A DNA stretch of 63,572 bases, counting the filler, from Thraustochytrium aureum (lineage: Eukaryota), in the NCBI GenBank assembly GCA_012862495.1. It is 4 parts of 4 records of this genome, joined end to end, with 100 filler letters (N's around TTAATTAATTAA, not from the genome) between each part and the next. Parts side by side here need not be neighbours in the genome. Positions count along the whole stretch, not along the records: positions 1 to 21,532 come from BLSG01000220.1; positions 21,633 to 47,045 come from BLSG01000221.1; 2 more parts are not named here. One strand, written 5' to 3'. Position 1 is the stretch's first letter, and each line of letters opens with the position of its first letter. Both the position numbers and the translations under genes were made by a program. The notes beneath the pieces are model-generated. The model was not told where the DNA came from, did no database searches, and saw only the letters and a list, made by a program, of their open reading frames with translations. Shown here piece by piece: positions 12,401 to 24,236 of this stretch.

Positions 12401-14270
12401 ATGGTGAGCTGGAAGAAGAGCGTCCCGAAGAAGAACCCCACGAGCACATTGGCGATGACGCGCGCGGCGATCTGGATGCGGTCGCGCAGACGCAGGGTCA
12501 TGCTCCACACGATCGTGTGCCAGAGGCCCAGGATGTAGCTGCGGTCCGGGACGCGGTCGTAGTCGAAAAGGCGCGGGCGCACACGGTTGCGCTCTTGCTC
12601 GATGTCGTGCACCTCGCTGCGGAACTCGGGGCTCGCCTCCCAGCGGTCGGCAAACTGGTCCGCGGTGATGGGCGGGGCAGGCAGGCCGAGCTTGTCGAGC
12701 TCGGCGGGGTCGAGCTGCATGTCCACCCCGTTGCGCGTGGGGAGCTCGACGATAAAGTCGCCCAGGTCCTTGCCCTCCGGGAGGCGAAAGCCGAGGCCTT
12801 CAAAGTACTCTTGCACGTGGTCGCGCGACCCGTGGTAGATGATGCGGCCCTCCGCGAGCACGAGGATGTCGTCGAAGAGGTCGATGACCTCGGGCGGGGG
12901 CTGCAGCAGGGCCACCACGATCGACTTTTGCAGCGCGTGCGCGGCGGAGCGCAGGTAGGCCGTGATGTCAAACGTGGCTGCGCTGTCGAGGCCCGTGGAG
13001 ATCTCGTCGCAGCACATGACTTGGCTCCCCGTCACGAGCATCTCGCCGAGCGTGACGCGGCGGCGCTCGCCGCCCGAGACGCCCTTCAGGTTTTCGTTGC
13101 CAATAACAGTTTCAGCGCAGCCCGAGAGGCCCCAGGAGCGCCAGCGCGATGTCTACCTCGACGTCCTTGAGCGCCTTGGCGCGGTTTACGGCGGCCTCGC
13201 CCGAGTGGAGGCGGATCTGGTCCAGCGCCGCAGGGTCGCTGTANNNNNNNNNNNNNNNNNNNNNNNNNNNNNNNNNNNNNNNNNNNNNNNNNNNNNNNNN
13301 NNNNNNNNNNNNNNNNNNNNNNNNNNNNNNNNNNNNNNNNNNNNNNNNNNNNNNNNNNNNNNNNNNNNNNNNNNNNNNNNNNNNNNNNNNNNNNNNNNNN
13401 NNNNNNNNNNNNNNNNNNNNNNNNNNNNNNNNNNNNNNNNNNNNNNNNNNNNNNNNNNNNNNNNNNNNNNNNNNNNNNNNNNNNNNNNNNNNNNNNNNNN
13501 NNNNNNNNNNNNNNNNNNNNNNNNNNNNNNNNNNNNNNNNNNNNNNNNNNNNNNNNNNNNNNNNNNNNNNNNNNNNNNNNNNNNNNNNNNNNNNNNNNNN
13601 NNNNNNNNNNNNNGGCCGTCTTGCGAGCCGATCTTTGGCTTGCGCGCCGTGTATGAGAGGTCCTGGAACGAGATGGCCACGGCGTCGTCAAAGTCGGTGT
13701 TCAGCACCTTGCGCACGGCGTCGATGTAGCCGTCCACGCCCTGCTCGAGCAGCGCCTGGGCCGAGCTAAAGTCGGCCAAGAGCGCCATGGACTCGCGCCG
13801 CTGCAGTTCGCCGCCGTGCCCCTGCAGCGCGCCTGTGATGTCGGAGTGGAACTGTTTGTGCATCTCGCGCTCGGCGGCTTTGCGGTCGTGCGCGGCCCAG
13901 CCGGCCGACCTGTGCACGGTGTCCAGAAAGTGCTTGAATGCGAAGGAGGCCGAGTGCGCGGCCTGCACCATCTCGTGCTCGTCCTGGCCGCTCACGGCCA
14001 CGTTGGCTTGCAGGAGGAGGTCGCAGTCCTTTTCCTCGTTGTCGTTTCCCAGAAGCCGCTTCAGCCCTTCCTTGCCGTCGCCCTCGAGCATGTCCACAGA
14101 CTGTGCGCCGACGACGCTTCCGCCTTTACGCTCTTCACCTGCATGCCCACAGCCGCGGCGGCCTGCGCCCCGGCCCCATTCCCAGCGGCGCCATCCGCCA
14201 CGCGAGCCCCCAAGCTCGCCTCGTCCAGCAGCGGCTTTCGCAGGGCCTCGTCCGCCCCATTGCGCGGCAT
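9459..14270 (-). CDS. Full-size ABCG/PDR transporter (NBD-TMD-NBD-TMD), interrupted by two gaps and frameshifts
   Basis: NBD1 has GVSGGERRRVTLGEM…CCDEISTGLDSAATFDI and LLQPPPE. NBD2 has GRMTALMGSSGAGKTTLMDV. Two TM blocks contain RPVFYKH and RALYYRERAQNMY. The start at 14270 (MPRNGADE…) or 14091 is uncertain. Confidence 0.93.
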
Positions 14271-14764
14271 CGCCGTTGCAATAGCAAGCTACGTACCCAG
14301 CTACCTGCAGTGAGTGCCGCAACCACGCGCAGCTCGCACGCAACGCGCTCCAACGCGCGCAAAAGCCTGCACGAAGGCCTGCACGCACGCACGCACGCTC
14401 GCTCGCTCGCCTCGCTCGCCAGATGGCCGCCCCGCGCGATCCCTCGATAGGGGTCTGCCGCTGCAGCGAATCCAATGCATCAGTCCTGCCTTCCTATCTC
14501 CAAGGTGAGTCCAGCCGTTGCATGGCAATCACGCCTCCTCCGGGCTAACGGCGATTCCGGCGCGACCGTGGACACGCAGTGGATGCGAGCGAGGATGCGC
14601 CGGGCGCGGCGGCGCGCTGATAGCGCAGTCCGTCGCGGCGCTGCGCTGCACCCTGCTGCTGGGGATGACGGTCCATCTGGCAACAACGCGTCCATCCTCC
14701 CGCCCACCACTCACTCACTCCATCATGCCCGCGGCTGAGCGCCTGGTGCAAGCATATGAGTATG

Positions 14765-14789
14765 TGCACGCACGCACGCACGCACGCAC
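14765..14789. repeat. (GCAC)n microsatellite
   Basis: gcacgcacgcacgcacgcacgcacg. The same motif recurs near 14380, 18950 and (as GCGT) at 21790-21831. Confidence 0.85.
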
Positions 14790-15439
14790 GTAGAGCTGCG
14801 GCGAGCGACGCGGGTCGACGGCGACGGGTTGATGCGGGCTGTGGTCTTGACGGAGCAGACCGCATGATGGCGCGGGGCACACGAGGACAACAGCGAGCGA
14901 CATTTCGTTTGTCCGACTTCGCATGCCGCCGAGCGCGACGGAAGAGGCAAGGCCGGCCAGCCAGCCACATCCACCCGCTGGCAGCAGCGTCCGAGCGCGA
15001 TTTCCCTCCTCGAAGAGCGAGGGCGGTGAGTACGTACCCGGGTACTTCCGCGAAAGGCGTGTGCCGCGTGACGTCGCGTGCGTCCAACCCTTTGTGCAGC
15101 GAAGCCATCGCCGCCCGCCTGCTGCCGGCCGCAAACCACTGCGGCATGCCCGCCATGCGCGACAGCTCGCGCCTTCCGCCAGCGATCGGCGGCCTGTTCG
15201 CCCGCGGCGCGCTGGCGACCGCCCTGACCTGCCCCCCTATATCGCGGCGCTCGCGTTCGCTTGCGGGGTGGGGTGCGCGGCAGAGTAATAGAGGGGAGCC
15301 TGTCGTGGCGCTTGGTTGGCAGCGAGAGCTCGCACTCTTTTCTCTCTCTCTCGCGTGTCTCTGTCCGCGCGGAGACGGCCCAAGCGCCTTTGAGCGCAGC
15401 GGCCGCGGCTCGCTCGCCCGGTTTGGTTGCTCGGCTCGG

Positions 15440-15461
15440 TCGATCGATCGATCGATCGATC
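15440..15461. repeat. (GATC)n palindromic microsatellite
   Basis: tcgatcgatcgatcgatcgatc. Confidence 0.85.
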
Positions 15462-15911
15462 TATCTCGTGTCGCCCGTCGGTCGATTGGTCGGCTGACTG
15501 GTTGGTGCGTGCGGCCTCGCGGGGATCGTGGCAGGTTCACGCGCGCTGGTGGCAACGGGATTCTGTCGCGGTTTTCGGNNNNNNNNNNNNNNNNNNNNNN
15601 NNNNNNNNNNNNNNNNNNNNNNNNNNNNNNNNNNNNNNNNNNNNNNNNNNNNNNNNNNNNNNNNNNNNNNNNNNNNNNNNNNNNNNNNNNNNNNNNNNNN
15701 NNNNNNNNNNNNNNNNNNNNNNNNNNNNNNNNNNNNNNNNNNNNNNNNNNNNNNNNNNNNNNNNNNNNNNNNNNNNNNNNNNNNNNNNNNNNNNNNNNNN
15801 NNNNNNNNNNNNNNNNNNNNNNNNNNNNNNAACGGGTGGGAAGACGCGCTGCGTTTCGTGGTGNGGGTTTTTTGAGTCCGCGTGCTAGCGGACGGGTGCC
15901 GGGGCGGAGCC

Positions 15912-18110
15912 ATGGCGCCGCTGACCGCCCTGCTGTGCGCGACGTGCAAGACGGACAAAGCCCTTGCGGAGTTCAGCAAAAGGCAGCTCAAAAAGCAGGC
16001 GGAGCGCAGCTGCAAGGCCTGTATCGACAACAAAGAGCAAGCCGAACAGCGGGCAGCGCACAAACGCCGAGCGCGCAGCGGGAGCGACGGCAGCTCGGAA
16101 GAGGGCCAAGCTCTTGCCGACCGCCAAGCTGCTGCGAAAGAGGCGCCTCCCGTTCCCAAGCGCCAAGTTTGCGCGAAAGGCGCCGACAGCGCAGCGAACG
16201 AGCCATTTCCCTGCAGCGGCGCGCAGGCCACCGGGGCGGAGAAACAGAATCCCTACGACGCAGCGCTCCTGACCGCGGCAAGAGCACGCGTCTCCGAGTC
16301 GGAGGAATCTGAAACCTGCTCCACTGACGGCACCGATGCGGCCTCCAGCGTTCCTGGCACGATCAAACCACCCAACAAGCTCCCTGGGGGCGCCACCAAA
16401 TCCGCTGGCGCTGGCAGCAAGCCCGCTCTGAGCAAGTCTGCTGGGATTGCTAGCAAACTTGAACCGGCACTCGCCCCTGCAACTGCAAAACCTGCAACGA
16501 AACCGGTTGCCGGTTCTGACCACGCGCAGACTCGGCTCCTGCACAAGTGCTTGGCGCGACTGTCAGAGGCTTACTCGCGTGAGCAAGTCAGCGAGCTCCG
16601 GGATGCCTTTGGCGAGGATGTGGACGGCTTGGCTGCGCTCGTCAAGCGCCGCCTCGGATGGAGCGGCGACGCAGCCGAGCGGGCCCGAATTCGGGACGTC
16701 GTAGAAAGCCACCTCTTGGAAAGCGGGTTTGAGCAGGCCGAGGTGACCAGGTCGCTCAGCACAACGACCTACGTCAAGTTAGCTGAGGTTGCGCGCAAGT
16801 ACAAGCTCGACGTTGAAGCCCCCGCAAAACAAACCGCGTCGAGCGCAAAGGCGCCTGGCGCCGAAGCGCTGGCACAGAGCTCCACAACCGACGCGAAGGG
16901 AAGGGCGCCAAACGAGGGCGGTGCGCCAAACGAGGGCGGCGCGCCAAACGAGGGCGGCGCAGATGCGGCCCGCGCAGCGCTGGCACGCCGGTGCAAACTC
17001 CGGCTCGCCGAGGTCTACAACGACGCAGCGGTCTCAGGAGTCCTTGCAGAGTTTAAGGGTGACCTGGAAGGCCTTGAGCAGATGATCTCGCTCAAGCTTG
17101 GTTGGAAGGGCGACGCCGCGAAACGCCACCGGCAACGCGCCCTGCTGGAACGAGGGGCTCATCAAGCAGGGCCACTCGGCAGATTTGGTGCGCAAGACCC
17201 TCACGGGCTGGAGCTACAAAATGGTCGCCAAAGAGGTCAAACGCCTGCGCTCGAGCAGCATCGACCGCCAGAGTCACAGCGAGCCGGAAGCGGATGCCCC
17301 TTCCGGCGCCGCTCTGGCTGCGCAGCAGACCGCCGAGCCAAAGTCGAAAAAGCGGGCGCGCGAGGCCACCGCGGCGGCCACCTGTGACAAGTGCGATGGG
17401 CAGCACCCGACGGAGCGCTGCCCGCACTACAAAAAGTCGCGAGAAAACCACCCAGACGCGCAGAAGCGGCAGGGGATCGTCGACCTTGGCGGTGACGGTG
17501 GCAACGTTTTCATCCGGCCAAGTCAGGCAAGGGTGCATCGGCAGCCCGGGGACGGCTCGTGCCTGTTCCACTCGCTCCGCACCGGGCTCGGTGGCTCGCG
17601 CGAGGGCATTCCCTCGACCCACGCGCTCCGTTGCACCCTGGCGGACTGGGTCCGCAAGAACGCCCACGCTAAGATCGCCGACACCCCGGTCAAAGAGTGG
17701 GTGCGCTGGGACGCAGGCTGCAGCGTGGATTCGTACGCGAACCGCATGCGCCACGCAGCGTGGGCGGTGGGATTGAGATGGCGGCCTGCTCGCGCCAGTT
17801 TGACGTTCGTATCCACGTTTGGGAGCGCGTCAGCGCGGGCTACAAGCGCATCTCGTGCTTTGAGACCAAGTCGGCGCGCAAGACGGTCAACGTCTTGTAC
17901 TGCGGCGGGATCCACTACGACTATCTCGAAGTGACCGGGACGCCGGTCCGGGCCTCGCAGGTGGCGTCGCGGAAACCCGTTGCAGGCGCAGGCCGCCAAA
18001 GCAGAGGCGGAGGTCGAGGTAACAGTTTTAGTAGACCCGCAGCGAGGTTTTCCCATCAAAAGCAGCGAAACAAGCCTGCGCCGAGAGGGCGGCACCATCG
18101 AAGGTACTAG
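15912..18110 (+). CDS. OTU-family deubiquitinase with N-terminal Stc1-like Zn domain, duplicated helical domain and Zn knuckle (frameshifts near 17150 and 17765)
   Basis: CATCKTDKALAEFSKRQLKK…CKAC (Stc1-like), CDKCDGQHPTERCPH, OTU Cys box QPGDGSCLFHSL, GGGIEMAA and His box LYCGGIHYD. The tail is basic and Gly/Arg-rich. Confidence 0.85.
16905..16958 (+). repeat. Coding 18-bp tandem repeat x3 (APNEGG)
   Basis: gcgccaaacgagggcgg(t/c) occurs three times in frame. Confidence 0.85.
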
Positions 18111-18206
18111 AGGTCTCAAATTCTGGCCGTGGGGAGGAGCTGAAATGTCATGTGCGTGTCCGTCGCGAGCGCGCATTTGAAAAAATGAGTGTGTTTTTCG
18201 TTTTCA

Positions 18207-18905
18207 TCAACAGTTGTACTGATCAGACGGCACGCGAATCGCGACCTCCCTCTCCGCGGCCTTGGGGCTTGCTGGCCGCGCTGCAGAGAATGTGCCGGCT
18301 TCTACGAGAACGAGGCGAATGCGCACGTCTGGCACGGCAGCGCGGGACTCGCGGTAGTTTGCAAAGGTTACGACAATTTGCTGCCGGCGGACGGTCTGAA
18401 ACAAGACCTGGCCGCCGAGGGTTTCGTTGAGTGGCCCTAGCACCGCGACGTTGAGCCGCTTCTCGTACCGAACTAGGCAGAGTGGCTGCGGGTGGGTGGC
18501 CGTCGCGACGAGCATGCACAATACGAGCACGGTCGACGTCACGCCGCCAATAAGCAAGCCTCCTCCGATGCCCACCAGCGGTATGAGCCCGAGGCCGACC
18601 ACCACGATGACGAGTGTTGCGTAGTTGGCCTTGTAGAGCCACACCCAAACCCAAAACGCTTCGTTGTACAGCGCATTGGCCTCCTCTTGCAGCTTGGCGA
18701 CCGCCTCTGCATCGAGGCTGCTTGGCGCGCCGGCGGCGGCCAGCTTGGCAGCCACAACCTGGGAATCGCCCGACACCAGCGAGTCGTTGCGTTGAAACTC
18801 GGCGTCCACCTTCGATAGCCCGCATGGGGACCAGTACGGCGCTCGCACAAACGCCTTGGCGCTCATATCCAGCAGCACACCATCCTCTGCCGGTCCGGGC
18901 TCCAT
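18207..18905 (-). CDS. Hypothetical membrane protein (about 2 TM)
   Basis: Long ORF with hydrophobic LVIVVVGLGLIPLVGIGGGLLIGGVTSTVLVLCMLVA, convergent with the OTU gene. Confidence 0.6.
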   Translation of the reverse strand: MEPGPAEDGVLLDMSAKAFVRAPYWSPCGLSKVDAEFQRNDSLVSGDSQVVAAKLAAAGAPSSLDAEAVAKLQEEANALYNEAFWVWVWLYKANYATLVIVVVGLGLIPLVGIGGGLLIGGVTSTVLVLCMLVATATHPQPLCLVRYEKRLNVAVLGPLNETLGGQVLFQTVRRQQIVVTFANYRESRAAVPDVRIRLVLVEAGTFSAARPASPKAAEREVAIRVPSDQYNC

Positions 18906-20940
18906 GCCGGGCCCACAGCGCGACTCGCCCACCGATGTCGGTGTGCGCCACGCACGCACGCACGCACTTGCCGAGCAGCACGCGCACTGCGCCGTCGTAA
19001 AGGAACTGCGAGAGGTGATGAACCAACTGCTGCAGCTGCTGCTCCTACGAGTGACGCCTGTCGGTACTCTACCCTGGATCGACCATCAAGATCGACGGCA
19101 ACGATGCCTTGGTGTGCGGCGAGCAACTCCCACACCTCCTCCCTGCACCTTGCTTTTCTTGATTGATCACAAGAAGATTCAAAAATGGAGTTGAGCACTT
19201 TTTACTTTCCGTGCGAGTCCCGTCGGACGATCTGACGAGCGCAGAGGAACTGGGTCAACGACACCGTCGATGATACAACTCTTCNNNNNNNNNNNNNNNN
19301 NNNNNNNNNNNNNNNNNNNNNNNNNNNNNNNNNNNNNNNNNNNNNNNNNNNNNNNNNNNNNNNNNNNNNNNNNNNNNNNNNNNNNNNNNNNNNNNNNNNN
19401 NNNNNNNNNNNNNNNNNNNNNNNNNNNNNNNNNNNNNNNNNNNNNNNNNNNNNNNNNNNNNNNNNNNNNNNNNNNNNNNNNNNNNNNNNNNNNNNNNNNN
19501 NNNNNNNNNNNNNNNNNNNNNNNNNNNNNNNNNNNNNNNNNNNNNNNNNNNNNNNNNNNNNNNNNNNNNNNNNNNNNNNNNNNNNNNNNNNNNNNNNNNN
19601 NNNNNNNNNNNNNNNNNNNNNNNNNNNNNNNNNNNNNNNNNNNNNNNNNNNNNNNNNNNNNNNNNNNNNNNNNNNNNNNNNNNNNNNNNNNNNNNNNNNN
19701 NNNNNNNNNNNNNNNNNNNNNNNNNNNNNNNNNNNNNNNNNNNNNNNNNNNNNNNNNNNNNNNNNNNNNNNNNNNNNNNNNNNNNNNNNNNNNNNNNNNN
19801 NNNNNNNNNNNNNNNNNNNNNNNNNNNNNNNNNNNNNNNNNNNNNNNNNNNNNNNNNNNNNNNNNNNNNNNNNNNNNNNNNNNNNNNNNNNNNNNNNNNN
19901 NNNNNNNNNNNNNNNNNNNNNNNNNNNNNNNNNNNNNNNNNNNNNNNNNNNNNNNNNNNNNNNNNNNNNNNNNNNNNNNNNNNNNNNNNNNNNNNNNNNN
20001 NNNNNNNNNNNNNNNNNNNNNNNNNNNNNNNNNNNNNNNNNNNNNNNNNNNNNNNNNNNNNNNNNNNNNNNNNNNNNNNNNNNNNNNNNNNNNNNNNNNN
20101 NNNNNNNNNNNNNNNNNNNNNNNNNNNNNNNGTGTCGAGCAGCGAGGTGCGGATCGCGGAAGCATCCCGCCACGCCTCGCAGGATCTACTGGCAGAGCGA
20201 GATTCGCATCACTACAGCTAGCCAGAGAAAAGGATGCGGGTCCGCTTGCGTCGCGCTTGGCTGCGCGCACGTGGCGGCCGAATGAGCCAGTGCCGGGTTT
20301 GGGGGTTCCCCACTACTGTCTGCAGGGAAACTGCGCGCAACCAACGAGCACAGCGCTTGCCCTCTCTCGATTGGCAGGCTGGAGCGCAGCGGCGCGTGCT
20401 AGGCTCGTACGGGCTCTGATCATCGAGTACGCAGAGGGTAGGTAGGTAGGTGGAGTGATGAGTGAGTTCCTGGCTTGAAGTTGCCTTCTCGGTTGCAATA
20501 GGAATCCAAGCACACCTCTGCAGATCGTTGCTGGCGAAATTGCCCAAACGACTCGCAACGTCGAGCCCGCGCCAACTGCGCCCCATCGGCCAGCACTCCC
20601 GCACCGCGCACTACCAACGCGCGCGCGTCCTCACGAGCGCCAGAGCGCTCGCTCGCCGGTGGCAAGTGGTCTGGCGAGGTGCAAATATCCGCACAAGGCT
20701 CAAGATTTGCAGGTCGCGCGAGCAAGCAGACGCGGCCGGCAGGCCCATCCAGCACTGGCAGCCTCCCTGCGCGTGAGGCCCCGTCCGCACCGAGTCCAGC
20801 ACAAGGCCATCTATCCGTCCATCCATCCATCCATCGTTGCATCCATCTCCCCAGCGCAGCACGAACAAACAGACAGGCGAGCGTGCGTCTGGCAGATCCC
20901 CAACGGCGCCGTGTACGCGCAGGCAGGCACGCAGGCGCGC

Positions 20941-20990
20941 AGGCAGGCAGGCAGACGAGCAGGCAGACGAGCAGGCAGACGAGCAGGCAG
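20941..20990. repeat. AGGC/12-bp (aggcagacgagc) tandem repeat upstream of PTP
   Basis: aggcaggcaggcagacgagcaggcagacgagcaggcagacgagcaggcag. Confidence 0.75.
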
Positions 20991-21044
20991 GGATACTCCG
21001 CACGAAGCCGGCACAGATTACGAGGCTGGCCGTCTTGCGTCGGC

Positions 21045-21532
21045 ATGGCCGGCATGGCCGAGATGGCGCACGCGAACGCCGTGGAAGACGATGCTCGCGG
21101 CGTTGCGCACGTGAAGAGGCTGATGGTGGCGGTGTGCGCGAGCCGCGCGAAGGAGGAGCTCGAGGAGGAGTACCAGCGTATTGGGGAAGGGTCGCCGTAT
21201 CGCGAGACGGTGTGGGGGACGAGCAGCCATGAGACGATGATGCGCGACAAGCAGTGCGAGGTGGCCAAGAGCAACGTCGACTTGAACAGGTTTTGCAATA
21301 TCCTCCCGTTTGACAAGTGCCTCGCAACGTGCAGCCGCGGGTTCATCAACGCCTCCGTGGTTACCGCGGTGGGGCGCACGTTCTTGATTGCGCAAGGGCC
21401 GATCGAGGAGCCCGACACCCGAGAGACGTTCTGGTACACCGTGCTCGAGAACAACATCAAGGTCATGGTCAACCTGGCCCCGTTCGGGGCGGAATGCGCC
21501 GACTATATCACCGAGGGACAGTACGGCTCTGT
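21045..21532 (+). CDS. Classical protein tyrosine phosphatase, N-terminal part (truncated at scaffold end)
   Basis: LNRFCNILPFD (KNRY motif 1), FINAS, FLIAQGP, TRETFWYTVLENNIKVMVNL and C-ADY are PTP motifs 1-7. The catalytic HCx5R is not in the window. Confidence 0.85.
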
Positions 21533-21632
21533 NNNNNNNNNNNNNNNNNNNNNNNNNNNNNNNNNNNNNNNNNNNNTTAATTAATTAANNNNNNNNNNNN
21601 NNNNNNNNNNNNNNNNNNNNNNNNNNNNNNNN
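21533..21632. other. Artificial scaffold-joining spacer N44-TTAATTAATTAA-N44
   Basis: Exactly 100 bp, with a six-frame stop 12-mer, identical at three places. Confidence 0.97.
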
Positions 21633-22074
21633 AGAGCGGTGATTCTTTGTTCATCGCTGTTTTGCTCGTCGTTGCTTTCCCTTGTTCCTCGGTGTATTGC
21701 TCTTTTGTTCATTGAAAAGAAGGTGTTCTTTTTGTTCGTTGCGGATTTGGTTTGGGGTGGAGCAGCAGGCAGAAGCGAGCGGCGGCGAGTGCGTGCGTGC
21801 GTGCTTGCGTTCGTGCGTGCGTGCGTGCGTGCTTTGTTGCTTTGTTGCTTGCTGCGTGGAGGGCCCTGCGACGGCACAGGTCGTCGGCGGCTGTTGCTCG
21901 GCAGGCCGTCGCGCTGCTGGCGCAAGCAGCCCGTGCCGTGCGCAAGGGCTCACTCCGCTCGCAACTGGTTGGGCCACAGGACTGACGACGGTCGGCCTCG
22001 CCAGGGTCCTAGCGCTGTGCTGACGGTGCGAGGGAGAGACCGTTGACTAGCGCCGCAGAGGCGGAGGTGCAACG

Positions 22075-23993
22075 ATGTTTCAGACCTCGGCGCAGAGTAC
22101 CTCGTCGCCGTTTGGAGCCGCCAACTCGACAACTGGCACAGGCGGCGGCCTGTTTGGCTCGTCGGCGAATCAGTCGAGCGGGGGCCTGTTTGGCTCGTCA
22201 ACGAATCAGACGAGCGGGGGCCTCTTTGGCTCCTCGACGAATCAATCCAGCAACGGGTTGTTTGGCTCGTCCACGAATCAATCGGGCAGCAGCAGCCTCT
22301 TTGGCGGGACCAGCACCTCGAACAACGCCGGCGGCGGCGGCCTCTTTGGTGGGAGCAGCAACCAGCAAGGCGGTACATCGCTGTTCGGTTCTGGCGGCAG
22401 CAATGCAGGGGGGGGTGGCCTTTTCGGCAACAGCGGGACCTCGTCGGGTTTCGGCTCAAGCGGCCAGCAGGCGGGCGGCGGAGGAGGCCTCTTTGGTACC
22501 ACCAACACCGCGGGCTCCTCACTGTTTGGTGGCGGAACGGCGTCGGGCTTTGGAAACAACAACCCCCAACCGCAACAACAGCCGCAGCAAGCCGCAATCG
22601 CATTCGACGGCGCCCTTCCCCTCCTCGCGTACGCCGACGCGAGCGACCTTCGATTCGGTGTGATCCCTGAGGGGTCAACGGGGCTCGCCGACTGCATTCG
22701 CGTGCGTGTGATCCCCGACCCACTGCACAGCCAGCTTGTCGAACAGCAAGTCGAAATGAACAAACAGGGAAGCAAACTGAGCGAGATCCTCAACCAGTCC
22801 AACAAAGAAGTAGTCAGGCTCCTCGAGCAAACGGCGCAGATGGACCAGGGCGTCCTGCACCTCCGAAACGCGATCGTGCACCAGGAGGAGATGATCAAAG
22901 GCCTGAAAGAGGACGCCAAGACGCTCAAGGCTGTCGACAATGCCCTCCACGAGGCGCGGCGCATGGCAAACCCAGCCCGCTTCACTGTCGACAAAGCCGT
23001 GCCGTCGGATTTTTTCTGGGCCCTGCTGCAAGACCTCGAGTCTCGTATCGCACAGTACGAGCATCGCACAAACGAACTGACCAGCATGCTGACCAACCGC
23101 GCGCGGGGCAGAAGTCGGCCACCAATGCAGACCATCGTTTCCATCCTGCGCCAGCAGCACCAGGCCTTTCGCGCGATCGCCTCGCAGGTTGCCGAGATGC
23201 ACGACAAAATGGACGAGCTCCGAGACCAATACAAAGACTGGCACCTCATGCTCCACGGGGACGTTCCGCGCGACTTTGAGCAAGAGGACAACAAAGAGCG
23301 TGAGCACCAGCGCAAGCTCTTGCGCAAGGTCGAGGAGCAAGCATCCTTGATGAGCGGATCGTTCTCTGGTCAGCAGCCGCAATTGCAGCAGCAACAGCAG
23401 CAGCNNNNNNNNNNNNNNNNNNNNNNNNNNNNNNNNNNNNNNNNNNNNNNNNNNNNNNNNNNNNNNNNNNNNNNNNNNNNNNNNNNNNNNNNNNNNNNNN
23501 NNNNNNNNNNNNNNNNNNNNNNNNNNNNNNNNNNNNNNNNNNNNNNNNNNNNNNNNNNNNNNNNNNNNNNNNNNNNNNNNNNNNNNNNNNNNNNNNNNNN
23601 NNNNNNNNNNNNNNNNNNNNNNNNNNNNNNNNNNNNNNNNNNNNNNNNNNNNNNNNNNNNNNNNNNNNNNNNNNNNNNNNTCCGGCCTCTTTGGTGGGAG
23701 CTCCTCCGCGTCCACCAACGCCGGAGGGTCTGGGCTTTTTGGTGCAGGCTCCTGCAGCGGCTGCGACACCAGCAGGCGGCTCGTCGCTTTTCGGTGGCGC
23801 CTCAAGCGGTGGGCTCTTCGGCGCCTCTTCTAGCGCAGCAGCGCCGGCGGGCGGCTCGCTCTTTGGCGGTGCCACCCCGTCGTCCACTCCGCAGCAAAAC
23901 TCGGCCGGCGGCGGCGGCGTGTTCGGCAACTCGAGCTTCAGCGGCGCAGGCGCGCCCAAAAAGACGTCCAAGAAGACGCAGCGCCGCCGCTGA
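22075..23993 (+). CDS. NUP58: FG nucleoporin, Nup58/Nup49-like (GLFG repeats - coiled coil - FG repeats)
   Basis: Many GGLFG/SLFG repeats occur at both ends. The central PSDFFWALLQDLESRIAQY…HQAFRAIASQVAEMHDKM matches the Nup58/Nup49 core. Internal gap. Confidence 0.8.
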
Positions 23994-24236
23994 CCGGCTC
24001 TAGAGCCCTGCGAGGCCGAGGCAAAATCAAACGCATTTAGTTCGTACCCAATTCGTGCGCTCGCTAGTGCTCCATGCAGCACACGCTGAAGCGCTTCAAC
24101 TCGAACACTCTTGTCGAGGTGCGGGTAGGACGCAAGCATTGGCGGCAGCGTCAGAAGCAGCAACCTCGCGGGCCGCCGGCAAGCCTCGAACAGAGGCGAC
24201 CGACCGCACGCAGGCTTCCTTAGAGGCTCTCCCGAG

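Noticed and set aside
14300..15578. Arg/Ala-rich ORFs upstream of the ABCG gene (and at 31600-33400)
   Set aside because: This is microsatellite-rich GC DNA between divergent genes with no protein-like signal.
19179..20445. Long ORFs spanning N gaps (also 10193-11277, 41867-42686, 48770-49925)
   Set aside because: Their length comes from untranslatable Ns.
21577..21588. TTAATTAATTAA islands in N runs (also 47090-47101 and 61689-61700) as piggyBac TTAA sites or a biological motif
   Set aside because: Each has identical N44-12-N44 geometry and six-frame stops, so these are artificial linkers. Gene neighbourhoods across them are meaningless.
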